DNA of 64,000 nt from an uncultured archaeon (GTDB taxonomy: Archaea > Asgardarchaeota > Heimdallarchaeia > Heimdallarchaeales > Heimdallarchaeaceae), in NCBI GenBank assembly GCA_964534625.1, contig CAZHRF010000006.1, positions 1 through 64,000 of the forward strand, read 5' to 3'. This document shows positions 28,571-38,181 of the stretch, piece by piece. The translations under genes and the position numbers were made by a program. How positions within the stretch are numbered: the stretch's first letter is position 1; each line of letters begins with the position of its first letter. Under the pieces are notes generated by a model. It was not told the origin of the DNA and searched no databases. It saw nothing but the letters and a program-made list of their open reading frames with translations.

Positions 28571-29410
28571 TTAAAACATATTTCTATGCCAATGTTTTTT
28601 CTTTGAGTCTTTTTTATCTTGATTCATCTCATGTAAAATCTTTACTGCCAAATTAGCAGCTTTTATCGCTTCTTTTTCTCCTTTAGTTGCAAATTCATTT
28701 TTATGTCTATTAGCATATACTGCACATATTGCCCCCGCCCTGAATCCATATATCTGTGCCAAACTAAATATGTGGGAAGCCTCCATTTCAAAATTGAGTA
28801 CTCCCATTTTTTGTAAATCGGGAACGATTTTTTCTGTCCAACTAACTTTATAATCTTTAAAACCAGGTCTTCCTTGCCCCAGATAAAAACTTGATGAAGA
28901 AGCTGTAATCCCTAGATGGTAAACATACCCTAATTCTTCACAGGCTTCTATTAATGCTAATACGACTTCATAATGTGCAATAGCCGGAAAAGTTTCTTTC
29001 ACGTACCATCTGCTTGATCCCTCCATTTTCATCGCACCTGTACTGATAATCAAATCACCAAGTTCAATTTCAGGTTGGATAGCACCAGTTGAACCAACTC
29101 GAAGAAAAGTGTTACAACCAATATTGGCTAACTCAGTTAGAGCAATCTCACACGCAGGAGTACCAATACCAGTAGATGTGACGCTTATATCTGTACCATG
29201 AACATTACCAGTATACGAGTAATATTGTCTATGTTCAGCGATTTTTTTATAAGTATCCCATGTTTTTGCAATTCTCAACGCACGTTCAGGATCACCAGGC
29301 ATTAGAACAGGTCCTTTCAAATCACCAACTTTTGCCTCAATGTGATACTGTTTTCCCTCTTCAAAAACAGGTTTATCAGCTGAAATTTTTCGCTTGCTCT
29401 CTTTATTCAT
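28571..29410 (-). CDS. udp: Uridine phosphorylase
   Basis: QYHI, LMPGDPER, STGIG, RVGSTGA, FYLGQGR, NFEME, YANR. Confidence 0.92.
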   Translation of the reverse strand: MNKESKRKISADKPVFEEGKQYHIEAKVGDLKGPVLMPGDPERALRIAKTWDTYKKIAEHRQYYSYTGNVHGTDISVTSTGIGTPACEIALTELANIGCNTFLRVGSTGAIQPEIELGDLIISTGAMKMEGSSRWYVKETFPAIAHYEVVLALIEACEELGYVYHLGITASSSSFYLGQGRPGFKDYKVSWTEKIVPDLQKMGVLNFEMEASHIFSLAQIYGFRAGAICAVYANRHKNEFATKGEKEAIKAANLAVKILHEMNQDKKDSKKKHWHRNMF

Positions 29411-29454
29411 ATAATGGTATTATATCAATTTAATAAAAATATTTCAGTGAAAAA

Positions 29455-30732
29455 CTAGTCAAAAGTTTTACCCTTTTTTGTCTCCTTATAAATTCTTTTT
29501 GCTTCATCATAGCTTACCTCTTCATTTACAATCATTTGTTTTGCTATCTTTTCTATTTCATCGCCTTCCGCACCGATTGCAATGGCTATATTCCTAGCAT
29601 GTAAAGACATATGCCCCTTTTGAATCCCTTCAGCAACTAACGCACGTAAAGCTGCAACATTTTGAGCCAATCCCACTGCTACAACTACTTTAGATAGCTC
29701 TTCTGCAGTTTTAACATTCATAAGCTGTAAACATACTTTGTAAATCGGATGAACATTAATGGCTCCACCCAATACACCTATCCCCAGAGGAACTTGTAAT
29801 TCCCCTATTAAGTTACCCGTTTCATCTTTCTCAAAACGAGATAAAGAGCGATATACTCCATCTCTAGCAGCATATGCATGCACACCTGCTTCAATGGCTC
29901 TACTGTCGTTACCTGTAGCAATTACAACAGCTGTTATCCCATTCATTATCCCTTTATTATGAGTAACTGCCCGATAAACATCATGAAAGGCAAAATCATT
30001 AGCCTTGAGAATATCGTCAACAACATTTTTCCCACCCAATAAATCTCTATCAAAAGTAGCTTTCACCGTAACGACTCTGCGTGTGGCATAATTTGATAAA
30101 ATGCGTAAAAGAACGCGTCCTTTTGTGAGTTTTTCTATATCCCCCTTTAGATGCTCTAACATAGTATTTACTGCATTAGCTCCCATTGCATCTTTTGTGT
30201 CAACAATTAATTGCACAATAAGATATGTTTCGATATCTCCTTTTATTTTTTTTAATTCAATTTCTTTTGCCCCACCTCCCAATTTAACTAAAATATCGTT
30301 TGTCTCATTAGCTTTATTTAATAAATATGTCTTATTTTCTCTAATTGCTTCTTCAGCTTTATCAAAATCTTTTATATCTAAAATTTGAATTTGTCCAATA
30401 GTAAATGAACCAGTATAGTCAGCTTCAAACCCGCCACATGCTCTTGCGATTTTTGCTGCGTGACTAGCTGCTGCAATTACAGACGATTCCTCTATTGCCA
30501 TTGGGATCAAATAATCTTTATTATTTACTCGAAAATTAGTTGCAATACCCAGAGGTAAACAAACTTTGCCTATAACATTTTCAACTAAAATCTCATAAAT
30601 TTCTTCATCTATATTCTTACCTTGCAGTATATCTATTTGTTCTGGAGATAAATTAAGCATATCTGCAATTATATTTCTTCTTTCTGCTGAAGAATATTTA
30701 TAGAATTGCTTCAGACGGGATGTAAACTTCAT
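29455..30732 (-). CDS. mvaA: HMG-CoA reductase, class II (bacterial/MvaA type)
   Basis: ENVIG, EESSVIAA, DAMGANAVN, LRILSN, RAVTHNKGIMNG, GIQKGHMSLHARN. Confidence 0.93.
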   Translation of the reverse strand: MKFTSRLKQFYKYSSAERRNIIADMLNLSPEQIDILQGKNIDEEIYEILVENVIGKVCLPLGIATNFRVNNKDYLIPMAIEESSVIAAASHAAKIARACGGFEADYTGSFTIGQIQILDIKDFDKAEEAIRENKTYLLNKANETNDILVKLGGGAKEIELKKIKGDIETYLIVQLIVDTKDAMGANAVNTMLEHLKGDIEKLTKGRVLLRILSNYATRRVVTVKATFDRDLLGGKNVVDDILKANDFAFHDVYRAVTHNKGIMNGITAVVIATGNDSRAIEAGVHAYAARDGVYRSLSRFEKDETGNLIGELQVPLGIGVLGGAINVHPIYKVCLQLMNVKTAEELSKVVVAVGLAQNVAALRALVAEGIQKGHMSLHARNIAIAIGAEGDEIEKIAKQMIVNEEVSYDEAKRIYKETKKGKTFD

Positions 30733-30793
30733 ATTTTCAATAGTTCAAGGAAGAATAAAAGAATTTTCATAAATAAAATAAGTAAAAGCAGAG

Positions 30794-31012
30794 TTATAGG
30801 CTTTCTATAACTTGTATTTTGTTCTCTTTTAATTGTCTAATAATACGGGTAGCATATCCTGCTATCCTGTTTCTCATTCTTTTAGACATTGGTGAACAAA
30901 CTTCTTCAACTACATGTTTATTAATTTCAAAATCCTCTGCCAACTGATCGTTAAAATCTCTAACAATTTGTTTTGCTAGTCGTTTAATTTGGGAAGTTCT
31001 AATATTACCCAT
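30794..31012 (-). CDS. rps17e: 30S ribosomal protein S17e
   Basis: MGNIRT...IKR, DFEINK, SKRMRNRIAGYAT. Confidence 0.96.
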   Translation of the reverse strand: MGNIRTSQIKRLAKQIVRDFNDQLAEDFEINKHVVEEVCSPMSKRMRNRIAGYATRIIRQLKENKIQVIESL

Positions 31013-31097
31013 TCATTTACACCTATTTCGAGCATTTATCTAATAATTTTAAATGTTACTATGATAGATTAGAATTATCACTCAGTGGATTAAGTTT

Positions 31098-31817
31098 TTA
31101 GAAATAAAATTGTTCTTCAGAATGCACCACTATTCCCTTTGAAGTAACTCTAAATGGCTTTTCAAACATTTCGTGTTCTATACCCCTCATTTTTCGTATA
31201 TTAAGACTACGCACACCAAGAGAATCTCTAAATTGATAATTCAATATAATGACCCCCTCGCTCATGAATTCCTCTACACCAAATCGAGAAACTATCCCTT
31301 CATGCATTTCACTAGTTAATATTGTCGAACATTCAAGAGAGCTCATTACAGCACTAAGTTTAAGGATTTCTTTTCGTATCTGCTTTTCTCCCACCATAGC
31401 CAACGCGAGAGCAGTAATAGAATCAATAACCACTCGCTCAGCACTTATTTCGTCAATAATACTAATTAAATTGGTAATTAATTCATCTACATCGACTAAA
31501 GTTTGGTATTTTTCATTTGAACTAACACCAGCACGAGGAGAAAAACCATCCATGAGAACCAATAAATTTTGATCTTCCAGCTCTTTTAAATTCCAACCAA
31601 AATTTAAGGCCTCTTGCCTTACTTGCTTTGGGCTCTCATCAAAACTAACAAAAACACCACTTTCACCTGCTGTTATTATCCCATGATATAAAAATTGTAA
31701 ACCAAAAGTACTTTTACCAGCACCAGCGGGACCTGATACTAGAATTGTTCTACCTTTAGGTAAACCACCTTTAAGCATTCGATCTAAACCGGGTATTCCG
31801 CTTTCTACAAAGTCCAT
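31098..31817 (-). CDS. Single-domain KaiC-like RecA-superfamily ATPase
   Basis: SGIPGLD, GPAGAGKS, FVSFDE, RVVIDS, EEFMSEGVI, IRKMRG. Confidence 0.9.
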   Translation of the reverse strand: MDFVESGIPGLDRMLKGGLPKGRTILVSGPAGAGKSTFGLQFLYHGIITAGESGVFVSFDESPKQVRQEALNFGWNLKELEDQNLLVLMDGFSPRAGVSSNEKYQTLVDVDELITNLISIIDEISAERVVIDSITALALAMVGEKQIRKEILKLSAVMSSLECSTILTSEMHEGIVSRFGVEEFMSEGVIILNYQFRDSLGVRSLNIRKMRGIEHEMFEKPFRVTSKGIVVHSEEQFYF

Positions 31818-31871
31818 ACCCTACATAAAATAATCTGATAAAAAAGAGTATCGGAAGAAGAAAGAATAAGT

Positions 31872-33677
31872 TCAATTTAATCCCGAGGAATCCCATCCCC
31901 CAGCTGAACGAAAAATGAAAGCTGGAGGGTCTTCATCATCAAATTCAATTATTAATTCTATATCATACTTTCTTCTAACATATGCTGTAGGCTTTTCTAG
32001 TTTAATTTTTCCTTTTATTGGATAAATGGTTGATCCCAAAGAGGCTTTTTCTAATATTGCTCTATTTTCATCCTTGATACCTATTCGAGCATTAATTTCC
32101 CAGTTGATTGCTTTAATTAACAGATCAGAGCCTTTCCCTCTTCTCTTTAATTGATCTTGACCAATGCAATACCAAGGAGCTTTAATTTCTTCGGGTAACT
32201 CTTCAATATCTACAAATTCTTTACCTAAGAAATTGGAAAGTTTAGATGGAAATATGTCGATTTCAAGGTTAGGTGAATAAGAAGTTTTGATTGTGGGTTT
32301 TTGTTTTATAAGATTACTATACATTGAATTGATAATTTGTCTAAGGTGATCTAAACCCGAAAAGTGAAGCCAGGTCAGATATTCTAAACTTGCTATTGCT
32401 AATCCCGTATTGTCACTATTTAATGCCAAATAGAAGGTTTGTTGAAACATCAAGGAAGCTTCTTCGAGTGCTTCTAACTGAAAAAACTTAAAACCAAGCT
32501 GATTGATAAATTCAATACTTTCATATGTTGGGACCTCAGCTGTCTCTTCAATTTCTTTTCTTCCTATTACCACCGTTAGAAGTATAAGAGCAGGTATTAG
32601 ATTTAAGATATCTTCCCGTTGATTTTCTACACATGTTTCTTGAAAAGCAGGAGTAAAATAGGATGTTAAACGATGAATTTGCCCCGATAAAAGTAGTATA
32701 ATCATTCTTAAAAAGTGAACATCCATGCCATAATTTTCTACTGCCCCAGTATTCTCAAGAAGGATCATAACAAGTTTATCCATATATACTCGAGATAACT
32801 CAACTTTCTTATTTTCAATTAAAGAAATGCAAACTAAGTATTGGAGTCTTCCTAGAATTTCTAATGCTGCATTGTATGTCTTATGATTTTCGATATTATC
32901 GACAGCAAGTTTCCAATCTACTAATAAATCAGTAAGTTCTCGAACCCTCGTAATTAATTCTTGTTCTAAAATTGCAAATTTTCCTTCCTTAAAATCGTTT
33001 TCTAAGTCTTTAAAATCACTTTGGATCTCGCATGTCAATTCATGTACTTGCATACCTTCAATCGTAATCATACTGTCTTCAGCATCTTCAGCTTTCACTT
33101 TTTGTTCTATTTTTTGTTCATATTCGGTTCTAATAACTGATATTGCAGAATCAACTATTTTTTGAATACGTTTAACAGGGTCATATCTGTTAGAACTAGA
33201 AACAGAATAACGTATTTCTTCAGTAAAAAGTCTTGCTTCGAGATCCTTTATATGAGCATGTTCTTTAGAAGAGAGAGATTCATCGGTGAACGTTTTAACA
33301 AAAGCACTATTGGCAAAGGCTTTAAGTCCCAAATCTTCAGCAACTTCTAACAAACGTAAATCGCTACTAACAACAGGGCCGCCAATTTTATGTGCAAAGT
33401 ATATAACTGTCATATCATTTTTTTGAGGAAGATTTCCCGATATACGAGCTGCTTTTCTCATATATTCATTAAATTCATCATGGTCAATATTTTCAACAGT
33501 TATATAAGGGACTATCTCTCTTTGAAGAAAATGACGCATTTCATACCGAATTTGACTCGTTATAACTATTTCAACACCCAATTTTTCACACAGCTCTCCA
33601 AAAATTTTATACTTTTGAGGTTGAGACTGGTATCCGGTAATAAAAAAATTAGTATCAAGGACGTATTTTTGCATCAC
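31872..33677 (-). CDS. PIN-domain protein with TPR-like helical region and beta-rich C-terminus
   Basis: YVLDTNF, IRYEM, KNDMTV, VSSDLRL (four acidic PIN residues); INQLGFKFFQLEALEEASLMFQQTFYLA is TPR-like. Confidence 0.7.
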   Translation of the reverse strand: MMQKYVLDTNFFITGYQSQPQKYKIFGELCEKLGVEIVITSQIRYEMRHFLQREIVPYITVENIDHDEFNEYMRKAARISGNLPQKNDMTVIYFAHKIGGPVVSSDLRLLEVAEDLGLKAFANSAFVKTFTDESLSSKEHAHIKDLEARLFTEEIRYSVSSSNRYDPVKRIQKIVDSAISVIRTEYEQKIEQKVKAEDAEDSMITIEGMQVHELTCEIQSDFKDLENDFKEGKFAILEQELITRVRELTDLLVDWKLAVDNIENHKTYNAALEILGRLQYLVCISLIENKKVELSRVYMDKLVMILLENTGAVENYGMDVHFLRMIILLLSGQIHRLTSYFTPAFQETCVENQREDILNLIPALILLTVVIGRKEIEETAEVPTYESIEFINQLGFKFFQLEALEEASLMFQQTFYLALNSDNTGLAIASLEYLTWLHFSGLDHLRQIINSMYSNLIKQKPTIKTSYSPNLEIDIFPSKLSNFLGKEFVDIEELPEEIKAPWYCIGQDQLKRRGKGSDLLIKAINWEINARIGIKDENRAILEKASLGSTIYPIKGKIKLEKPTAYVRRKYDIELIIEFDDEDPPAFIFRSAGGWDSSGLN

Positions 33678-33819
33678 ATCTATATTTACTTCGTCTCATT
33701 TTAATGTTTTGCATAATTATGTGTATTTAATTTAAAAGTGTAAGGTTGTGCGTACTTAACTTAATTTTTCTCAATTTTTAGTGATTTTGAAGCTTAAACT
33801 ATTGGTTTCTTAGCAAGAA

Positions 33820-34743
33820 TTAGGGATTAATCTTTGTGAACATTTCTGTCAAACCTGGTTTTAGTGGTATTTGGGGAACAAAATGTAGTGTTTTTTCAGC
33901 TTTTTTGATACTAGAATAGCTCTCACGTATATCACCAATTCTAGGAGGCATATGTTTTGGTTTTAAATTCTTACCACTTATATCTATCAAGAGATTCGCT
34001 AAAGAGAGAATAGATAAAGGTTTACCAGAACCTATATTGAAAGTTTCACCTTTAGTGTTGTTAATTTGTAAAGCGCTTTCAATAGCTACACTCACATCTT
34101 TTGCGTGTATAAAATCGCGAGTTTGTTTTCCATCTCCTTCAATTTTGGGGGGAAGATTAGATTTAAGGCGTTTAATGAACTTATAGATAACACCAGCGTA
34201 AGGATCATCTTCTTTTTGTAATGGGCTGTAGATATTAAAAGGTAGAATTGAACATATATCCATACCATATAAGTTGGCATACATTTTACTATATCTCTCT
34301 GCTACTAGTTTGCTTAATCCATAGGGAGATAAGGGATCCCGAGGATGAGACTCTGTAATCGGTAGAAACTGTGGTTCTCCATAAGTTGCAGCAGAACTGA
34401 TGGTGATAAACTTTTTGACATCATTATTTCTTGCATATTCTAGTAAATTTAGTGTCCCCATAATATTTATATTGGCATCAAATAAGGGATTTTGTGTTGA
34501 TTTAGATATGCTGATTTGGGCAGCACAATGAATAATATGTGTTATATCAGGAAGCGAAGAATAAGTCTTTTTATTTTTTATATCTTTTTTAATATAGGTA
34601 CAATCCAAGGGAGGAGCTATTTTAGCATTTGATTCATTATCAAGTATAACAATGGAATACTTGTCTTTAAGACGAGAGTACACATAACTACCTAATTGAC
34701 CTAATCCTCCTGTAAGAAGAACAATCTCGTTATCTTCAGTCAT
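33820..34743 (-). CDS. NAD-dependent sugar epimerase/dehydratase (GalE-like SDR)
   Basis: TGGLGQLG, HCAAQ, SSAATYG, PYGLSK, GDGKQTRDFIH. Confidence 0.92.
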   Translation of the reverse strand: MTEDNEIVLLTGGLGQLGSYVYSRLKDKYSIVILDNESNAKIAPPLDCTYIKKDIKNKKTYSSLPDITHIIHCAAQISISKSTQNPLFDANINIMGTLNLLEYARNNDVKKFITISSAATYGEPQFLPITESHPRDPLSPYGLSKLVAERYSKMYANLYGMDICSILPFNIYSPLQKEDDPYAGVIYKFIKRLKSNLPPKIEGDGKQTRDFIHAKDVSVAIESALQINNTKGETFNIGSGKPLSILSLANLLIDISGKNLKPKHMPPRIGDIRESYSSIKKAEKTLHFVPQIPLKPGLTEMFTKINP

Positions 34744-34982
34744 ATGAACTACTTTTCTCTCTAAATCTTATAAATTTTCATATTCTATTTGTTTATGTTT
34801 AATGAATTAAATAGACTGATAGTTCTACTTTATTTAGGTGAAATACTCTACTTTCTTTTATCCATTAAATCCTTCGTTAAGTTAACCTAAAACAAGAACG
34901 CAAGGTAAAAGTTTTTAATGCTCAATTCTAACCGGGCAATATAGTTTGAGAGCCTAACTAATCTTTTAAAAAAGGTGATTAT

Positions 34983-36083
34983 ATGTCAAAGAAAGTTAGA
35001 ATTGCAATAGCTGGATTAGGGAATTGTGCATCAGCTCTAATTCAAGGCTTAGAATATTATAAAAATGCTGATGAGAATGTTGAAATTCCTGGTGTGATGC
35101 ATGTACGTTTTGGTGACTATCATATATCAGATGTAGAAGTTGTGGCAGCATTTGATGTCGCCACAACGAAGATAGGTAAAGATATTTCGGAAGCAATATG
35201 GGCATCACCAAATTGTTGTAGAAAATTTTCTGAAGTTCAAGAAAAAGGAGTAATTGTCCAACCCGGACCAATCTTAGATGGAATTGAGTCCCATACTTTT
35301 GATTATTTCCATTGCTATGATGAAAATAAAATAAAACCAGTTAATGTAGCTGATGTTTTACGTAAAACACAAACTGATGTTTTGATTAATTTCCTTCCTG
35401 TTGGTTCTGAAAAGGCCACACAATCTTACGCACAAGCATGTTTAGATACAGATGTCGCAATGGCTAATGGCATCCCCGCTTTTATCGCATCTAATCCCGA
35501 ATGGGCGGCAAAATTCAAGGAGAAGAACATACCTATTGCAGGAGATGACATCAAATCTCAATTAGGTGCCACTATTCTTCATAGGATGCTTGTTAGATTA
35601 GCTTATGAGCGCGGTATTAAAATGGATGAAACCTTTCAATTAAATGTTGGCGGAAATGGCGATTTTTATAACATGAAAAAAGAGTATAGATTAAAAACAA
35701 AACGCGTTTCTAAAACCCAAGCTGTAACATCGATGATCCCGTATGATGTCCCTACGAGAATTGGTCCTTCCGATTTTGTAGAATTTTTGCAAGACGAAAA
35801 AATCTGCTATTTATGGTTGAAAGGTAAAAATTTTGGAGAACAACCTGTTACTGTTCAATTAAAATTAAGTGTGCAAGATTCACCCAATTCAGCGGGAGTC
35901 ATGATTGATGTTATTAGGGCATTGAAAATTGCAAAAGATAGGGGTATAGGCGGTCCGCTCGTAGGTGTTTCATCCTATTTCTTTAAACATCCACCCAAAC
36001 AAGTACCTGATCCTATAGCGCGAGAAGAAGTTGATAGATTTATTCGTGGAGAAAAATCTTTAATCGAAGGTGATAATAAATGA
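34983..36083 (+). CDS. ino1: myo-inositol-1(3)-phosphate synthase
   Basis: GLGNCAS, NFLPVGSE, GDDIKSQ, QLNVGGNGDF, KRVSKT, DSPNSAG, FKHPP. Confidence 0.95.
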   Translation: MSKKVRIAIAGLGNCASALIQGLEYYKNADENVEIPGVMHVRFGDYHISDVEVVAAFDVATTKIGKDISEAIWASPNCCRKFSEVQEKGVIVQPGPILDGIESHTFDYFHCYDENKIKPVNVADVLRKTQTDVLINFLPVGSEKATQSYAQACLDTDVAMANGIPAFIASNPEWAAKFKEKNIPIAGDDIKSQLGATILHRMLVRLAYERGIKMDETFQLNVGGNGDFYNMKKEYRLKTKRVSKTQAVTSMIPYDVPTRIGPSDFVEFLQDEKICYLWLKGKNFGEQPVTVQLKLSVQDSPNSAGVMIDVIRALKIAKDRGIGGPLVGVSSYFFKHPPKQVPDPIAREEVDRFIRGEKSLIEGDNK

Positions 36084-37150
36084 GTAAAAATGGTATTAAA
36101 GTAGCAATCGCAGGAATAGGTTCTTTAACCTCAGCTTTCATTCAAGGAATAAAATATATTGAAATGCATCCTGAAAAAAATGAAACGTTAAGATATCCTA
36201 TTCTTGGAGGTAACAAGATAACCGATATAGAAGTCGTTGCTGCTTTTGATGTATGTGATACAAAGGTAGGAAAAGATATTTCGGAAGCCATCTTTTCACC
36301 CATTAATTCCACTCCCAAATTTATTGAGGTGGAACCTTTTAACATAAAGGTAAAGAAAGGGCCAGTAAAAGATGGGATTACGGGAACACTCGAAAACGCC
36401 ATCAATATCGCTCCTGGCGAAGAAGTAGATATGGTTAAAGAATTAAAAAAATCCGAAGCAGAGATACTTATCTGTTGTATCCCAACTGGTTCAAATGAAG
36501 CAGTAGAAACTTACGCTGAAGCAGCAATTGAAGCTGATGTTGCATTTATTAATTGTACTCCCACATATATAGCAAGTAAACCAGAGTGGGCAAAAAGATT
36601 CCAAAAAGCAAATGTGGCATTAGTAGGTGATGATCTCCAGTCAATGCACGGAGGAACCGTACTCCATAAAGGATTGCTCGAAGTGATGGAAGAACAAGGT
36701 ATAAAGGTGATAGATACATATCAGCTAGATGTAGCAGGTGGTCTGGAAACACTAAATACACTTGATGATGATAGAAAAGCATACAAAAGACATGTAAAAG
36801 AAAGAACTATACAAAAAGCCACAAAAAGTAAGATTAACATAGCATCAGGTACAAGTGATTATCTTGAATTCCTTGGTAACAGAAGAATTGGACACTTCTG
36901 GGTATATGGCGAAGGCTTTTTAGGTATGCCTATTAAGATGGATATTAGATATGAAACATTAGACGGTCCTAATGGTGCAGCAACTCTAATAGATGTTGTA
37001 AGAGCAACAAAGGTGGCTATAAATCGGGCAGATTTTGGACCATTAGTTTCAGTTAGTGCATATGGATTTAAAGCACCAGCTGTATTAACAAGTAGACATG
37101 AGTCTATAAAATGGTTAGAAGACTATATAGAGGGTAAAAGAGCAAAATAA
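36080..37150 (+). CDS. Inositol-phosphate synthase-like paralog with diverged active site
   Basis: Full-length homology to the upstream gene, but GDDLQSM, QLDVAGGLET and GTSDY replace the consensus; ATGA overlap. Confidence 0.85.
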   Translation: MSKNGIKVAIAGIGSLTSAFIQGIKYIEMHPEKNETLRYPILGGNKITDIEVVAAFDVCDTKVGKDISEAIFSPINSTPKFIEVEPFNIKVKKGPVKDGITGTLENAINIAPGEEVDMVKELKKSEAEILICCIPTGSNEAVETYAEAAIEADVAFINCTPTYIASKPEWAKRFQKANVALVGDDLQSMHGGTVLHKGLLEVMEEQGIKVIDTYQLDVAGGLETLNTLDDDRKAYKRHVKERTIQKATKSKINIASGTSDYLEFLGNRRIGHFWVYGEGFLGMPIKMDIRYETLDGPNGAATLIDVVRATKVAINRADFGPLVSVSAYGFKAPAVLTSRHESIKWLEDYIEGKRAK

Positions 37151-37160
37151 CCCCTAATCA

Positions 37161-38147
37161 CTATTTTTCTATTTTTAATAATCTTGTGATTTTGATTAAT
37201 TTTTTTCTGGCGTGAGATTCAGGATATTTGGAAAGAATATCGCTTGCCAAATCAACATATGTGGATATTAAATCTTTTGTTGATTTAAGAGCTCCAGAAG
37301 AGACAATAATATTGCGAATAGTTTCTATAGAATAATCTTTCTTGTGTAAATAGTATTGCTCAAAAATATATTTTTGTTCAGAATTTATTTTTTCATAGGT
37401 CTTTATAACGATATAATTCTGAATACGATTTTCAATATCTGTTTTAACGCTTGATTTTCCTATATTTTTTATATTTGAAGTAATGGCAAGATAATCATCT
37501 CTCAATTGAAAAGCACGACCGAAAAATTTTCCAAAAGTTCTCATATCTTCAATTTCCTCAACGGTAGTATTTCCCAATAAAGAACCAATAACAGTGGCCC
37601 CTTCAAAAAGAGGTGTTGTTTTGACATCAATAAGTTCAATGATTTTTTCGATTGAAAAAAACTGTTTTGCTTCTCTTATCTCTTGTTCTAAAAATAGTGC
37701 TTTTGACATTTTTTGAGTGATATGATTTATTTCTTGGATTATTTCTGATTTTTTTGTTCGAGTTGCAAGTTCATATGCATAACTGCTCAAAGAGTAAGTA
37801 ATAGCTAACGTTTCAAATGTTGAATACTCTAAATAAAAAGATTTTTTGTTTCTTCGGATTACATCATGATCAAAGAGGTCATCAATTAAAAGAGACGCAT
37901 TATGAATGATTTCTAGTGCACATGCCGCAATATAACTTAGATTAGTTCTGATTTTTGTATTAATCATTTCAAAAGAGAGGAGGCAAATAAGAGGACGAAG
38001 TCTTTTTCCCCCTTCTTGGAAAACATGATCAAATAGAGTGGATCTAGGTTGTTCAGCAATATATTTTTCAGAGATTTTTCGAAGATGAAAATCAATTTCC
38101 TTTATATCTTTGTTAAAATCTGAAAATGAAGAACACATTGTTTGCAA
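37161..38147 (-). CDS. trans-polyprenyl diphosphate synthase (probably medium/long chain)
   Basis: GGKRLRP, FARM HNASLLIDDLFD..RR, KTT, SARM FQLRDDYLA, GKS...D. Confidence 0.85.
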   Translation of the reverse strand: MQTMCSSFSDFNKDIKEIDFHLRKISEKYIAEQPRSTLFDHVFQEGGKRLRPLICLLSFEMINTKIRTNLSYIAACALEIIHNASLLIDDLFDHDVIRRNKKSFYLEYSTFETLAITYSLSSYAYELATRTKKSEIIQEINHITQKMSKALFLEQEIREAKQFFSIEKIIELIDVKTTPLFEGATVIGSLLGNTTVEEIEDMRTFGKFFGRAFQLRDDYLAITSNIKNIGKSSVKTDIENRIQNYIVIKTYEKINSEQKYIFEQYYLHKKDYSIETIRNIIVSSGALKSTKDLISTYVDLASDILSKYPESHARKKLIKITRLLKIEK

Positions 38148-38181
38148 TGTGAAATACTCTTTAAAAAAGGTATTGTTTTAT

